Source: an uncultured Candidatus Saccharibacteria bacterium (GTDB taxonomy: Bacteria > Patescibacteriota > Minisyncoccia > Phycocordibacterales > JAKFXT01). From it: a stretch of DNA of 64,000 bases. The notes below the pieces were generated by a model that did not search any database, was not told the DNA's origin, and saw only the letters and a program-made list of their open reading frames with translations. Each line of letters begins with the position of its first letter. Positions within the stretch are counted from its first letter, which is position 1. Positions 1-9,461 of the stretch are shown here, in pieces. A program made the translations under genes and the position numbers. The DNA is taken from assembly GCA_964385825.1 (NCBI GenBank), contig CAYLPX010000001.1, positions 173,797 to 237,796 on the forward strand, written 5' to 3'.

Positions 1-483
1 GGTATCTCGAAATGGAAATATTTTACGAATTAGTTTAAGCCCCTCCTTAAGCGTCGCGCCTTTGGTAAAAGGGCCCAGAAGATACAGCCGCGCAGCTGCT
101 GGGAACTTTTCATCTAGATCTTTACCTCGGACCACAAGTACACGAGGAAAGACTTCCTTCGTAACAACAAGGTAGTTATAACTTTTGTCATCTTTTTCTT
201 TGGTATTAAAGGCTGGTTTATACTGCTTTATGAGCCTTGTTTCCAGAATAAGGGCCTCCAAAACAGAATCTGTCTTTTCATAGGTAATACTCGTAGCCTT
301 TTCAAGCATTTGGACTAATAGTGGCCCTCGAGTAATAAAAAGGTCTTTTGCGAAATAACTTTTAACCCTATCACGAAGAGATGTCGCTTTCCCAATATAA
401 AGAATCTTTTTCCTACTATCACGGAAAAAGTAAACTCCGGGAGAGCCCGGTAAATTGACTGTTTTTAGTATATCGCTTTGCAT
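1..483 (-). CDS. uvrC: Excinuclease ABC subunit C, N-terminal part (GIY-YIG domain); gene continues past window start
   Basis: By-eye translation of minus strand from ATG at 481-483: MQSDILKTVNLPGSPGVYFFRDSRKKILYIGKATSLRDRVKSYF... matches the UvrC GIY-YIG N-terminus. Not in ORF track because it is open at the window edge. Confidence 0.8.
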   Translation of the reverse strand, partial: MQSDILKTVNLPGSPGVYFFRDSRKKILYIGKATSLRDRVKSYFAKDLFITRGPLLVQMLEKATSITYEKTDSVLEALILETRLIKQYKPAFNTKEKDDKSYNYLVVTKEVFPRVLVVRGKDLDEKFPAAARLYLLGPFTKGATLKEGLKLIRKIFPFRDT

Positions 484-558
484 ATTGAAATATTTCCCAT
501 AGTAAGGTAAAAAGAAGGCTGGTGCAAAATTGTTGTTTGATCAACCAAAGGAGAAAAC

Positions 559-948
559 GTGGAAACTGCTACCCCCACCGCCCCTACCGTCACCTTGTCC
601 GGTGAGCTTCACAAATTCGGGCAAAATCAGGGCAACGGCCCCGCTACCTTTTTCCTCGAAGCCTGCATGAATGGTGACGGGGAGCCGGTGGCCGGTCTTG
701 CCACCCTCTACTACCAGCGCAGCGAATTCGGTCGGGAGGAACTTCTCCGACTAACCAACCACAACATCCGCCTAGCGATTTTTGAACTCAGCATCCTCCG
801 AAGGGGGGCGTATCCCAGGATCGTCGGGTTCAGGATCGAGCGGAAGCCGGAGACGATCTGCGTGGCATTCGAGTGTCACGCCCTGGCCGAGGCCTTGGTG
901 AAACTCGGCTGGTTCGAAGAGGCGGAACTTCTTTCGACGACCGCCTGA
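559..948 (+). CDS. GC-rich cassette A: hypothetical 129-aa protein, GTG start preceded by AAGGAG
   Basis: ORF track. About 60% GC against AT-rich flanks. SD AAGGAG at 548-553. Followed by a GC hairpin plus T-run terminator at 968-995. No recognisable family. Confidence 0.6.
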   Translation: METATPTAPTVTLSGELHKFGQNQGNGPATFFLEACMNGDGEPVAGLATLYYQRSEFGREELLRLTNHNIRLAIFELSILRRGAYPRIVGFRIERKPETICVAFECHALAEALVKLGWFEEAELLSTTA

Positions 949-967
949 GGAAGCCCCTCCTCGCAAA

Positions 968-995
968 GCGCCCCAGCTCGGGGCGCCTTTTTTAT
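968..995 (+). terminator. Intrinsic terminator (gcgcccc-agct-cggggcgc + TTTTTT) after cassette A
   Basis: Perfect 8-bp GC stem and T-run read directly in sequence. Confidence 0.7.
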
Positions 996-1075
996 TTGCG
1001 ACGTAAAGTGAGTGAAATGAAAGTTCAATAATTTTCATTTCCGAACCGAGGAGCTACTATGGCTCGTAGAAAGCT

Positions 1076-3658
1076 CTATTTATGTTTAAGGGCGCGCTTT
1101 AGATACTTGGCGGTATGGCTTTTCTCACTATTTGCAACATTTTCTGGCGTACCTTTAGCAACTAACTGCCCGCCACCAACCCCTCCTTCGGGTCCGATGT
1201 CTAGAATATAGTCAGCAGATTTTATCACATCCATATTGTGCTCAATCACAACCACGGTGTTCCCCTTATCAACAAGTTTTTGCAAAATCTCAATAAGCTT
1301 CCGAACATCTTCATAATGAAGTCCGATGGTTGGCTCATCAAGTAGATAGATGGTTTTTTGTAAGTGTGCTCTATACAGTTCGGAAGATATTTTTACGCGC
1401 TGAGCCTCCCCACCTGAAAGCGTTGTGGCTGATTGCCCAAGCTCCAAATAACCAAGCCCCACATCAATGAGTGACTGTAATCTATCTGAAATAGCTGGTA
1501 TATCTTCAAAGAACTTACTAGCCTCCTCTACTGTCATGCGAAGTACTTGATAGATGTTTTTCTTTTTATACGTCACCTCTAACGTTTCTTTCATAAATCG
1601 CTTACCACTACACACATCACACGGTACGTACACGGTTGGCAGGAAGTGCATTTCAACGGCGATCTCTCCATTACCCTGACAGGCTTCACAGCGACCACCC
1701 TTAACGTTAAAAGAGAAACGATTCGCCTTCCACCCACGGGCTTTTGCTTCGCTTGTTTCAGCAAACATATCTCGTATGAAAGTGAAAGCTCCTGTATAAG
1801 TAGCTGGATTTGACCGTGGAGTACGCCCGATAGGTGACTGATCAATAAGGATTGTTCGACTTACATATTCCGACCCTTCAAAAGAGGCGCAGTTGTACGT
1901 TTTAGCACTACGATACCGCTTCTCAAGCCTTGCTTGAAGGTTCTTGTGAAGTACTTCATATACGAATGTGGATTTACCGGAACCGGATACACCAGTTACA
2001 AGCACGAGTTTACCAAGCGGGATTTCCGCATTCATGTTTTTAATATTAAATGCATGAGCCCCTTTGATTTTAATGGCACCCTTATCGCTGGTGCGCCGGG
2101 CCTCAGGAACAGCAATGAACTTCTCACCACGTAAATACGCAAGGGTAAGTGAACCAGAATCATTTTTCTTTGCTGTTAGGAGCTTTTCTAAATTATCAGC
2201 AACTACCACTTCCCCACCATGCACTCCAGCTCCCGGGCCAATATCAACAAGGTAATCAGAAGAAAAGATAGTATCCTCATCGTGTTCCACTACTAAAATA
2301 GTATTCCCCATGTCTCGCAAATGAATAAGGGTTTTTATGAGGCGATCATTATCACGCGAATGAAGCCCAATGGTTGGTTCATCGAGCACATAGAGAGCTC
2401 CTACAAGTCCAGAACCTAATTGCGAAGCAAGGCGAATACGCTGACTTTCCCCGCCCGAAAGTGTATTCGCCCGTCTATCGAGTGTTAAATAATCAAGTCC
2501 CACATTAAGCATGAAAGAAAGACGAGCATTTATTTCTTTCAAAATTACTTTAGCGATGCTTTTCTCTGTTGGTGTTAAGTTAATATTTTCAAAAAATGTA
2601 AAAGCGTCCTTGATAGAAAGCGAGGTAATCTCAACAATATTTTTTCTGGTCTTAATAGTATCTCCCAAGAATACATGGAGGGCTTCTGGTCGCAAACGTT
2701 GGCCTTTGCAGGCCTCACAAGCCTCATTACCAAAGAAATGTTTTGTACCAAGCCCATTACAAGTAGGACAGGCTCCATAAGGTGAGTTAAAAGAAAACAG
2801 CCGAGGCTCTATTTCAGGAAAGGAGAAACCATCATAGGGACACATAAACTTAGCTGAAATTAGTTTTTCTCCCTCAGGAGTTTCAATTTTCAAAAGTCCA
2901 TTTGATTCAGCAAGCGCCCGCTCAATAGCTTCGCTGAGACGTTCACGAAACGTACTCTTTTTATCATCCAGCTCTGAGAAATAAAACTTATCTACAAGCA
3001 CATCTATATCGTGCTTTTTATTCTTATCAATAATAATCTGATCACGAAGTTTGTGATCTTTTCCATCAATTTTTACTACTTCAAACCCCTTACCCAAAAG
3101 ATCATAAAGCAGCTGGTAGTACTCACCCTTTCGGCCTACCACAAGCGGTGCAAAAAGCTTAAGCTCAGCTTTATCATACGAAACACCCAAAACCTTTTCC
3201 TTTTTCACTTCTTTTTTCAAAGCTCCAACAGTTTCAAGAATGGTGTCTAAGATTTCTTCATTGGTCAGCTTTTTAATTTCTCTATCACAAATGAGACAGT
3301 GCGGGTGGCCTACGCGAGCAAACAGTATACGAAGGTAATCATAAATTTCAGTAATAGTTGCCACGGTTGAGCGTGGATTATTGGAGCGTGATTTTTGATC
3401 AATAGAGATTGCAGGAGAAAGCCCTACGATTTCATCAACGTCTGGCTTTTGCATTTGATTCAAAAACTGTCTTGCATACGCAGAAAGTGACTCAACATAA
3501 CGCCTCTGACCTTCAGCAAAAATAGTATCGAACGCCAAAGATGACTTCCCCGATCCAGAAAGCCCAGTAAACACCACCATCTTATTCCGTGGCATTGAAA
3601 CAGTAATGTTTTTTAAATTATGCGTTCTCGCGCCTTTAACTATAATTTCATCCCCCAT
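1076..3658 (-). CDS. uvrA: Excinuclease ABC subunit A
   Basis: Two ABC ATPase modules ([14 protein letters not shown]; [12 protein letters not shown]), zinc-finger Cys clusters, LSGGE signatures. Start probably at the [18 protein letters not shown] Met (3656-3658). Confidence 0.95.
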   Translation of the reverse strand: MGDEIIVKGARTHNLKNITVSMPRNKMVVFTGLSGSGKSSLAFDTIFAEGQRRYVESLSAYARQFLNQMQKPDVDEIVGLSPAISIDQKSRSNNPRSTVATITEIYDYLRILFARVGHPHCLICDREIKKLTNEEILDTILETVGALKKEVKKEKVLGVSYDKAELKLFAPLVVGRKGEYYQLLYDLLGKGFEVVKIDGKDHKLRDQIIIDKNKKHDIDVLVDKFYFSELDDKKSTFRERLSEAIERALAESNGLLKIETPEGEKLISAKFMCPYDGFSFPEIEPRLFSFNSPYGACPTCNGLGTKHFFGNEACEACKGQRLRPEALHVFLGDTIKTRKNIVEITSLSIKDAFTFFENINLTPTEKSIAKVILKEINARLSFMLNVGLDYLTLDRRANTLSGGESQRIRLASQLGSGLVGALYVLDEPTIGLHSRDNDRLIKTLIHLRDMGNTILVVEHDEDTIFSSDYLVDIGPGAGVHGGEVVVADNLEKLLTAKKNDSGSLTLAYLRGEKFIAVPEARRTSDKGAIKIKGAHAFNIKNMNAEIPLGKLVLVTGVSGSGKSTFVYEVLHKNLQARLEKRYRSAKTYNCASFEGSEYVSRTILIDQSPIGRTPRSNPATYTGAFTFIRDMFAETSEAKARGWKANRFSFNVKGGRCEACQGNGEIAVEMHFLPTVYVPCDVCSGKRFMKETLEVTYKKKNIYQVLRMTVEEASKFFEDIPAISDRLQSLIDVGLGYLELGQSATTLSGGEAQRVKISSELYRAHLQKTIYLLDEPTIGLHYEDVRKLIEILQKLVDKGNTVVVIEHNMDVIKSADYILDIGPEGGVGGGQLVAKGTPENVANSEKSHTAKYLKRALKHK

Positions 3659-3731
3659 ATGGTAATTGCCCACGGATTACTCCCTGGGTGTATATAGCAG
3701 TGAGTATAGCACAAAATAGCAAAGCCGAAAG

Positions 3732-4541
3732 CTATGCACCAGTAGTGAGTACGGACTTAATTTGTGAAATAATCTCGTCCAAAGTAACAGTAGATTTAAC
3801 AAGGAACTTAAGTGCTCCAAGCTCCTTTCCTTTTTCTAAATCTGCCTTTTGACTAAGGTTGGAGAGAAGTATTACCGGGATTTTTGCTGTTGCCTCTCCT
3901 GCCTTAAGCTTTCTTAGAATTTCAAAGCCATCAGCTCCAGGCAGTAATATATCAAGGAGTATAACGTCAGGAACCTGTTTAGCTAACAGATTGAAAGCTT
4001 CTGTTTCATCAGCTGCGTGGAAAAGCTGGCACCCTTCATTGGAAAGGCGGACTGTAATAATATCTTTAAGAAAACGATCGTCCTCTACCCAAAGTAATTT
4101 TTTTCCAACCAGTGCTCCAGGAGGTTTAGGTGCCCCAACATTTGGATCAATACCAGTTGGACTCAACTTAGCTAACTCCTCCTTAACTTTTTCTACAGCC
4201 TCATCAGGATCAATATCAGCTTTAATAAGGTAATTCTTCACACCGAGCGTAAGCGCACGCTTTACTTCAACCGGCTGACCTGAGTTCGAAACAATAATCA
4301 CTGGGATATCTTTAATGTCTGGGTCAGCTTGCTTGGCCTCCAGGATTTGATAACCGTTCATTTCCGGCAAAATAATATCAAGAAGGATAAGGTCAGGGTG
4401 CATACTCTTAATACGGCGTAGTCCCTCTTTGCCGTTATTAGAAACTTCTGCCTTAAAACCAGAAGCTACAAGTTTATTAACCAGCACTTCAGCTAGAAAA
4501 ATATCATCTTCTATAATTAGGATTTGTTTACCTTTATCCAT
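3732..4541 (-). CDS. Response regulator with two tandem receiver (REC) domains and no output domain
   Basis: ILIIEDD...LLDIILPEMNG and LLWVEDD...LLDILLPGADG receiver motifs are both present. No DNA-binding or enzymatic output domain is visible. Confidence 0.85.
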   Translation of the reverse strand: MDKGKQILIIEDDIFLAEVLVNKLVASGFKAEVSNNGKEGLRRIKSMHPDLILLDIILPEMNGYQILEAKQADPDIKDIPVIIVSNSGQPVEVKRALTLGVKNYLIKADIDPDEAVEKVKEELAKLSPTGIDPNVGAPKPPGALVGKKLLWVEDDRFLKDIITVRLSNEGCQLFHAADETEAFNLLAKQVPDVILLDILLPGADGFEILRKLKAGEATAKIPVILLSNLSQKADLEKGKELGALKFLVKSTVTLDEIISQIKSVLTTGA

Positions 4542-4568
4542 AATACGTTGTCGCTAGTATATCAAAAG

Positions 4569-6116
4569 TTAAGCTTCTTTTCGAGGTACCGGTATGGAAA
4601 AATAGAAAGTAGATCCCTTTCCCTTATCGCTTTCAAACCAAACCTTACCACCATGTGCCTCAACGATAGCCTTAACCAGATAGAGGCCAAGTCCAGAACC
4701 TTCAGTTTGCATTTTGACAGCACTCGGTGCTCGATAAAACCGGGTAAAGATAGCTTTTTGCTCTTCCTTCGGCATGCCAATACCATCATCATTCACTGTC
4801 GTTAAAACTTCCCCACCTCGATTTCGCAATTCCAAGGTTACATGTCCACCACTCCCAGTATACTTAACAGCATTTTCAAGAATATTTTGGAACACTACTC
4901 GAATTTTCTCAGGGTCTGCTGCGACCAGTGGAATCTTAAGCCCTTTTCCACGGAAATTAATACTTACCTGCTTTTTATTAGCAAGCGGGTAAATATCCAG
5001 AAGCACACTTTCAGCGACGTGTTGAAGGTTAATGGGGGTGAAATTATATTCCAGGCGGCCAGTTTCAATTCTGTTTATAGAAAGAAGATCATTCACGAAC
5101 CGAATCATGCGCTCATTACCCTCATGAATCTTAAGTAGAAAGGTTTTCTGCTCTACTGTTAACGTACCAAGATCACCATTAATCAACATATCAAGTGTCC
5201 ACTTTATACCTGCAAGCGGCGTACGTAGTTGATGGGCTACTATTGAAACGAACTCCGATTTCAAGGCATCTATGTTTTTAAGCTTTCCGTTATTTTCCTC
5301 AAGCGCTACTTCCTGTTCGGCGAGCAACTTGTTTCGCTCATTTAATTCCTTATTTAAGTGCGCCAGCTGCCGCGCATGCTCCTCCTCATCTATTGTCATA
5401 AGATGTGGTCGCTTTTTTGAAACCCAATATCCAATAAGAGCTGCTAGGAAAATCCAAATGACTGTGAGCACAAGAATATTTTGCTTCATGTCATGTTCTG
5501 TTGCGGTAAGTTTCTCACTTTCGAAAGCAAGTGTCCCCTGAATATAGTTCCCCAAAGAGAACAAATTATCTTGCAATTGCGTTGCCTTAGTGTCTAGCGC
5601 TTTAAAATCATCCTCAGTTGTTCCGGAAGCTACGGTTTTACTAGATAGCTCGTTTTGGCGAGTAGAGAGATATTCAACACTAGCAACCACAAAGTCCTTG
5701 TACATACTTTGTGTTTGATCAAAAATACGTTTTTGTGGTTCATCAATAATATGTGGAGCGAGGTTGGTAAGCTCAGTGTTTGTTTTATTTTGCTGCTCTA
5801 AAAAGCGCTGAGCTAGATACGCATACTCTGACATGTCCTTCGGACTTAGAGCCTGTATTTTGGTAAGGAGAAATCTTTCTCTAGTTATAGTTTCTTCCAG
5901 AATATACAGTGAGCCGAGGGCCGGGATCTTTTCTTTAGAGAAGGCGTCAGTCGTAGTTGCTATCCTCGTTAGAGAAGTGACGCCTACAATTCCAAGCGTA
6001 AAGAGAAAGCACAGCACAAAAACAACCACAAGAATCACCTTGTAGGAAAGTGCTTTGTGTTCATCCTCTGAGCCACCAAAGCTTTCCGCTATGTTATGTA
6101 TATATCCGCTATTCAC
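4569..6116 (-). CDS. Sensor histidine kinase (2 TM helices, periplasmic/extracytoplasmic sensor domain, HisKA + HATPase_c)
   Basis: H-box SIVAHQLRTPL and G-boxes DDGIGMP / GSGLGLYLVKAIVEAHGG. It is adjacent to and co-oriented with the tandem-REC regulator. Confidence 0.9.
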   Translation of the reverse strand: MNSGYIHNIAESFGGSEDEHKALSYKVILVVVFVLCFLFTLGIVGVTSLTRIATTTDAFSKEKIPALGSLYILEETITRERFLLTKIQALSPKDMSEYAYLAQRFLEQQNKTNTELTNLAPHIIDEPQKRIFDQTQSMYKDFVVASVEYLSTRQNELSSKTVASGTTEDDFKALDTKATQLQDNLFSLGNYIQGTLAFESEKLTATEHDMKQNILVLTVIWIFLAALIGYWVSKKRPHLMTIDEEEHARQLAHLNKELNERNKLLAEQEVALEENNGKLKNIDALKSEFVSIVAHQLRTPLAGIKWTLDMLINGDLGTLTVEQKTFLLKIHEGNERMIRFVNDLLSINRIETGRLEYNFTPINLQHVAESVLLDIYPLANKKQVSINFRGKGLKIPLVAADPEKIRVVFQNILENAVKYTGSGGHVTLELRNRGGEVLTTVNDDGIGMPKEEQKAIFTRFYRAPSAVKMQTEGSGLGLYLVKAIVEAHGGKVWFESDKGKGSTFYFSIPVPRKEA

Positions 6117-6158
6117 GACATGAGGCCATAAAGGCTTATATGTCTATTATACGGTGCA

Positions 6159-8237
6159 CTAATCTTTTTTAGCTTTCTTTGCTTGACGCTTTTGTGGATA
6201 AGCCTCAGTCTTAGTAGTTCCTTTCTTGCTTAAAAGTAATTCAAGTTCACGAATTTCATCACGCAAAATAGCTGCTGTTTCAAAATCAAGTAACTTTACC
6301 GCTTCATACATTTGTCGCTCTTTATCTTTTATTAGTTTACGAGGTTCTTTTTTGAGTCTAGCTTCGTCAAGTGCCAAAAGCTGAAGCACAGTCTTTTTCT
6401 GTTCACTTTGAAGTTCCTCAGTAATATCGTGAATTTTCTTAATAATAGTTTTTGGCGTAATCCCATGCTCTTTGTTGTACGCTATTTGTATAGCACGTCT
6501 TCGGTTCGTCTCTCCAATTGCACGTTCCATAGACCCCGTCTCATGATCCGCATACAGAATAACCCGTCCTAGTACATTGCGCGCTGCTCGCCCAATGGTC
6601 TGAATGAGAGAGGTTTCTGAACGCAAAAAGCCTTCCTTATCAGCATCCAGAATGCCGATAAGTTCTACTTCTGGTAAATCTAGCCCTTCACGTAAAAGGT
6701 TAACCCCAACCAAACAATCAAACTTTCCCTTACGAAAATCAGTCAGAATGGTAATACGATCAATAGTCATAATATCGCTATGGAGGTATTCAGTCTTAAG
6801 TCCCTTTTCTTTAAGATACTCACTAAGGTCTTCTGCCATTTTTTTGGTAAGTGTTGTAGCCAGCACTCGACCACCCCCTTTGATAGTTTTCTCTGCTTCA
6901 AGGATAAAGTCTGCTATTTGTCCCTTATAGGAACCTTTTTCAACTACAGGGCGTATTTCGATAACAGGATCGGTAAGCCCTGTTGGACGAATAACTTGCT
7001 CAACGATTTGTTTGCTATGTTCTGCTTCATATTTTGAAGGAGTAGCGGAAGTAAAAATCATTTGCCCCATCCGCGCTTCAAACTCCTTAAGCGTTAGTGG
7101 TCTATTATCCCTCGCCGAAGGAAGCCTAAACCCAAAATCAATAAGTGATTGCTTTCGTGAAGCATCTCCTCCATGCATAGCCCCAATTTGCGGAATAGTT
7201 ACATGTGACTCATCAATAATAGTAAGAAAGTCGGGTGTACCGTCTGCTTTGTGCGGGAAGTAAGAAATGAGCGTAAAGGGCGGCTCACCTGGTTTTCGTC
7301 CATCAAAGTGACGAGAGTAGTTTTCAATACCATTACAGTAACCAACTTCTTTAATGAGAGCTAAATCATAGCGAGTACGCCGCTTAATACGCTCAGCTTC
7401 AAGAAGCTTTCCTTCTTTTTCAAATACTTTAAGCTGTGCATCAAGCTCAGCTTGAATATCTGCAATAGCTCGCTTCCGCTCCTTTTCTGGAGTAATGAAA
7501 TGCTTGGCGGGGAAAAGGAAAAAAGATTCCTGCTCTCTAATTATGGCGCGTGAAAGTGCATCAATAACTGTTATATGGCTAATATGCTCGCCTTCAAACG
7601 AGAGTCGATAAATCACTTTTTCATTGACTGGCATTATTTCAAGATTATTCCCTAGTCCGCGAAAAAGTCCTGGGGAAAGATCAGCGTTTGTTCTTTCAAA
7701 GTATATGCCAATAAGTCGACGAATAATTTCATTGCGTGTTTGCTTTTCTCCTACAGAAACCTTTACATGTACCTTTTGATACTCCTCGGGGCTACCAAGT
7801 CCATAAATACAGGAAACCGAAGCAACAATGATAACGTCCTTACGCGAAAGTAAAGCTTGCGTTGAGGCGTGACGAAGGCGCTCTATTTCAGCATTGATCT
7901 GTGCTTCCTTTTCTATATAGGTGTCAGAAGCTGATATATAGGCCTCTGGTTGGTAGTAATCATAGTAAGAAACAAAGTAATGCACAGCATTCTCTGGGAA
8001 AAAATCTCGGTACTCTTGCGCAAGCTGCGCAGCCAGCGTTTTATTGTGTGCGATAACAAGCGTTGGCTTCCCTACCGCCGCTATAACATTAGCAGCAGTA
8101 AATGTTTTACCAGATCCAGTAACGCCAAGTAGGGTCTGTTTATCGTAGCCCTTTTTGATCCCCTCAATCAAACCCTCTATGGCCTTTGGCTGATCTCCGG
8201 CAGGTTTGTATGCTGTGTTTAGTTTAAATACACTCAT
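6159..8237 (-). CDS. uvrB: Excinuclease ABC subunit B
   Basis: GVTGSGKTFT Walker A, helicase motifs, and a C-terminal UvrC-interaction region. Likely start at MSVFKLNTAYKPAGDQPKAI (cat at 8235-8237). Confidence 0.95.
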   Translation of the reverse strand: MSVFKLNTAYKPAGDQPKAIEGLIEGIKKGYDKQTLLGVTGSGKTFTAANVIAAVGKPTLVIAHNKTLAAQLAQEYRDFFPENAVHYFVSYYDYYQPEAYISASDTYIEKEAQINAEIERLRHASTQALLSRKDVIIVASVSCIYGLGSPEEYQKVHVKVSVGEKQTRNEIIRRLIGIYFERTNADLSPGLFRGLGNNLEIMPVNEKVIYRLSFEGEHISHITVIDALSRAIIREQESFFLFPAKHFITPEKERKRAIADIQAELDAQLKVFEKEGKLLEAERIKRRTRYDLALIKEVGYCNGIENYSRHFDGRKPGEPPFTLISYFPHKADGTPDFLTIIDESHVTIPQIGAMHGGDASRKQSLIDFGFRLPSARDNRPLTLKEFEARMGQMIFTSATPSKYEAEHSKQIVEQVIRPTGLTDPVIEIRPVVEKGSYKGQIADFILEAEKTIKGGGRVLATTLTKKMAEDLSEYLKEKGLKTEYLHSDIMTIDRITILTDFRKGKFDCLVGVNLLREGLDLPEVELIGILDADKEGFLRSETSLIQTIGRAARNVLGRVILYADHETGSMERAIGETNRRRAIQIAYNKEHGITPKTIIKKIHDITEELQSEQKKTVLQLLALDEARLKKEPRKLIKDKERQMYEAVKLLDFETAAILRDEIRELELLLSKKGTTKTEAYPQKRQAKKAKKD

Positions 8238-8241
8238 AGAA

Positions 8242-9426
8242 TTATTTATAGTACCGTGCAATAAAAGAATCTTTAAATTGGAGAAAAGTTTTATCCAAAA
8301 TACTGTTTCGCATCTCCCTTACTAAGTGAACTATGAAATAAAGGTTATGAATAGAGCCAAGTGTCGGGCCAAGCATTTCTTTAGCCCGGAAAAGGTGGGC
8401 AATATAGGCTTTAGTAAAGTTTTTGCAGGCATAACACCCACAATCCCTTTCAATTGGTGTATAATCCTCCCGATATTGATTGTTTAAAACATTTATTCTT
8501 CCCTCTTTGGTATAAAACGATCCTGTGCGACCAATACGGGTTGGCGCAACACAATCAAATGTATCACAGCCATTTTCTACCCCAAGGAACATATCCATTG
8601 GCTCTCCAATGCCAAGAAGGTGTCGTGGTTTTTCTTCCGGTAAGATTTCATTCACCCACTTTACTGCCGTTGCTATATCTTCTTTTACAAAAGAACCTCC
8701 GATACCGAAACCGTCAAAATCCATACTCCCAATTTTAGTCGCGCTTTCCTTGCGCAGATCTTCAAAGCGGCCACCTTGTACTATACCCATGAGGCCTTGA
8801 GGATTACTGAGGACTTTTTTATGTTGCGCAAGTGATCGCTCGGCCCAGCGGTGGGTGCGATCAAGGGCTTCTTTTTGGTACTCTCGTGGAGCTAAGGGCG
8901 AAGTACACTCATCAAAAGCAAAAATAATATCGGCTCCAATATTCCCCTGTATCTCAATAGACCGCTCTGGTGTAAATCGGTGTTCGCTGCCATCTAAAAA
9001 TGATTTAAAGGTAACCCCTTCCTCATCTATCTGTGCTAACTTCGGGACGGTTATCTCTTCATCGGTGTACTCCGCTATTTCCTCCCCTGTTGCTACCTTG
9101 CCTACACTCTTACCCATGGCTGCTCCTAGGGAAAATACTTGAAATCCCCCTGAATCAGTGAAAGTTGGTCTGTTCCAATTAGCATACTTGTGGAGTCCTC
9201 CAGCATCCTTAACTTTCAGATCTCCTGGCTCAAGATAGAGGTGATAGGTATTGGCAAGAAGAGACTGTGCGCCTAGTTCCTCTACTTGGGATGGGGTAAG
9301 TGATTTTACTGAACCCTTGGTACCAACCACAATAAAAGCTGGGGTTTCTATTACCCCATGTGGTGTTTCTATTTTTCCTGCCCGTGCGAGGGTACCAGTA
9401 AGCTTTTCCTCAACCCTGAATTTCAT
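8242..9426 (-). CDS. tgt: Queuine tRNA-ribosyltransferase (tRNA-guanine transglycosylase)
   Basis: GGFQVFSL, LLGIGEP, and zinc site CGCYACKNFTKAYIAHL. Confidence 0.9.
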   Translation of the reverse strand: MKFRVEEKLTGTLARAGKIETPHGVIETPAFIVVGTKGSVKSLTPSQVEELGAQSLLANTYHLYLEPGDLKVKDAGGLHKYANWNRPTFTDSGGFQVFSLGAAMGKSVGKVATGEEIAEYTDEEITVPKLAQIDEEGVTFKSFLDGSEHRFTPERSIEIQGNIGADIIFAFDECTSPLAPREYQKEALDRTHRWAERSLAQHKKVLSNPQGLMGIVQGGRFEDLRKESATKIGSMDFDGFGIGGSFVKEDIATAVKWVNEILPEEKPRHLLGIGEPMDMFLGVENGCDTFDCVAPTRIGRTGSFYTKEGRINVLNNQYREDYTPIERDCGCYACKNFTKAYIAHLFRAKEMLGPTLGSIHNLYFIVHLVREMRNSILDKTFLQFKDSFIARYYK

Positions 9427-9461
9427 GTACCGACTTTAACAGGAAAAAAGCCTTAAAACAA

